The notes beneath the pieces are model-generated. The model worked only from the letters and a program-made list of their open reading frames with translations. It searched no databases and was not told where the DNA came from. A stretch of DNA of 63,981 bases, the filler included, from Octopus bimaculoides (Eukaryota), in the NCBI RefSeq assembly GCF_001194135.2. It is 8 parts of 8 records of this genome, joined end to end, with 100 filler letters (N's around TTAATTAATTAA, not from the genome) between each part and the next. Parts side by side here need not be neighbours in the genome. Positions count along the whole stretch, not along the records: positions 59,084 to 63,981 come from NW_026437364.1; 7 more parts are not named here. One strand, written 5' to 3'. Both the position numbers and the translations under genes were made by a program. How positions within the stretch are numbered: the stretch's first letter is position 1; every line of letters starts with the position of its first letter. Below are positions 61,859-63,981 of this stretch, one piece after another.

Positions 61859-62227
61859 ATGTACCAGCCAATGAAGGAGACCACTAAATTAATAATATCT
61901 ACTAATTATCTTTTAATTATACTACTAAAATTCCCTTACATTTATTAAACAATTAACTCGTTATTATGTATCAATTTTGTAATTATTGTCTTCCATAATC
62001 TTTTAAATTTNNNNNNNNNNNNNNNNNNNNNNNNNNNNNNNNNNNNNNNNNNNNNNNNNNNNNNNNNNNNNNNNNNNNNNNNNNNNNNNNNNNNNNNNNN
62101 NNNNNNNNNNNNNNNNNNNNNNNNNNNNNNNNNNNNNNNNNNNNNNNNNNNNNNNNNNNNNNNNNNNNNNNNNNNNNNNNNNNNNNNNNNNNNNATGTAT
62201 GTGATTTATTTATTATTAAATGTAATA

Positions 62228-62620
62228 TTAGGTTGTTCCGAATATAATGGCCGACTTCAGAAACATAATTTTATTCTGGAAAATTTAACAATAAAAACGT
62301 TTTGATTAGTCAAAATATGATCCGTGAACATCTATGCATCTCCGCCATCGATCAACGAGATTATTTATGCCTCTTTGATAAAAACTTATTGGCTTTGATG
62401 CTAAGAAATCTTTGAAAGCTGATTCCACCTTTGGTTTGGACCTGAAAACCGTGTTTTAAAACGTAAAATCGTGTTTGAATGCTTGAAAAAATGGTAGTCC
62501 TTGGGCGAAAGATCAGGAGAATATGGAGGACGTGGCAAAGTCTCGTCTCCCAAATCTGTGAGTTGCTGCAGCGTCATTTTTGTAACATGTGGCTTTGCAT
62601 TATCATGGAGCAGAAATAGA
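62228..62620 (-). mobile_element. Mariner (DD34D, cecropia/Hsmar1-like) 3' relic with right TIR and TA target
   Basis: LLHDNAKPHVTKMTLQQLTDLGDETLPRPPYSPDLSPKDYHFFKH / VESAFKDFLASKPISFYQRGINNLVDRWRRCIDVHGSYFD* (stop 62306-62308). TIR ta|ttaggttgttccgaatataatggccga. Confidence 0.92.
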
Positions 62621-63164
62621 CCACGCGGCGAGCTGGCAAAAACGTTAGCGACTTAGAAGATGGAAACATTGAATAGCATAAGTTCATGTTCTTTTCACAC
62701 TAGAAAACAAACGTGACAGCCACATTTGGAACGCCTTCGATTACAGGTCAAATTAAACTCGACGAATAGATTTGACCTGGATCTCAACTACAACAGTAAT
62801 GACAGTCATAGCAAGAAACAGCTACCGCAACAACAACATCAATAAGATGTTATGCAATGCTTAGCAATCTAGCAATATGGCGGAAAAGTTTTCGTGACAA
62901 AACCAATGATTACGAAAGAGCGGAAGTCGATTTTGTAGACAACCACTCGACAGTGAAGTCTGTTGATATCAAGTTTAGCTGTCGAAGTATTTTTTTTCTA
63001 GAAATTTCATCTTCACGTTTAAGAACCTGGCTTATGTGTAAGTGTGTGTATGTGTTTATGTGTGAGGCAGTGATTGTGAGTGAATGTGTGTATGTGTGGT
63101 TATTCAGCTATTTCAAACCTTATACAGTAAATGTGTATCAACCTATGTTGACAATCTGTCTTCA

Positions 63165-63196
<32 letters not shown>

Positions 63197-63206
63197 NNNN
63201 NNNNNN

Positions 63207-63246
<40 letters not shown>

Positions 63247-63843
63247 GTATGTATGTGTATATTTTCGTATCATAAAACTTTCTGTCTCACAATTTATCTT
63301 ATAGAAATTCCTTACAGGTCAATCGGACATATAGATCTTTATCATTCCTATTACAAAGTGAAAGACGTGTAATGGAGGATTAATACTTGCTATTTTCTCA
63401 TTTTGCATATATGTGCGCGTGTGTGTGCTTGTGTGTAGAGACACACAGACTCACATATATATTGGGGACTTGCCACTAATTGTTATTGTACTTCATATCC
63501 ATTTTCGGTTCCTCCACCAAAAATTTAAAGTACCTCGATAAACACAGGTTAATTATAATGCTTTTAAATCATTTTTTTCTCGCGGTCATCGGTTGTAGAA
63601 GCAATCTAGGAAGTATCTAGACTTATTAGTCTATCGTCAGTGAAGAAATCTGTCTCGTCTCTCTGACAATTTGTTCCTCGTAGGGTGGAATTTAAAGTAC
63701 ATGGAAAATAGGACAAGGCGACAGAGTAAATAATTAATTAGCAAACATACACAAATGTGTGTCTATGTTGTGCGTGTGTGTGTATGTGTGTGTGTGTGAG
63801 TGTGCGTGTGTGTGGTGCGTGTGGGTCTGCGCATACATATATA

Positions 63844-63903
<60 letters not shown>

Positions 63904-63981
63904 TGTACATATATATAGCTATATGTAGATATATGTAGATATATGTAGATATATATACATACATATATATATGTATATATA

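Noticed and set aside
62749-62783. 10-bp inverted repeat caggtcaaat/atttgacctg
   Set aside because: Short, isolated and without TSD or family support.

Overview
AT-rich, repeat-saturated metazoan genomic DNA from a fragmented draft assembly (roughly 9-10 kb of Ns, plus seven artificial N44-TTAATTAATTAA-N44 join spacers). The microsatellite load and SINE families look like an octopus/cephalopod genome, but that is recognition from memory and is unverified. I can support no host protein-coding exon, RNA gene or CRISPR array. Most supplied ORFs are microsatellite or N-spanning artefacts. Recognisable content is decayed mobile DNA: (i) a ~4.7 kb Tx1/L1-clade LINE (APE, RT, CCHC) inserted with an 8-bp TSD into the tRNA-like head of a SINE; (ii) five fragments of R4/Dong-like restriction-like-endonuclease LINEs, mostly adjoining (TAA)n tracts; (iii) irritans-like and cecropia-like mariner and maT/Tc1-like transposase relics, a Buster/Charlie hAT relic fused in frame to a mariner, and several MITEs; (iv) many copies of at least two tRNA-derived SINE families; (v) a Penelope-like GIY-YIG relic. 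The main unexplained signal is a set of type I hammerhead-ribozyme-like motifs in at least four unrelated short repeat families (1414-1456; 2152-2438 plus 6825-6917; 11790-11833 plus 12738-12782; 56532-56594). These occur in inverted or partial-tandem layouts reminiscent of Penelope pseudo-LTRs and non-LTR retrozymes. All alignments, folds and identities were done by eye.
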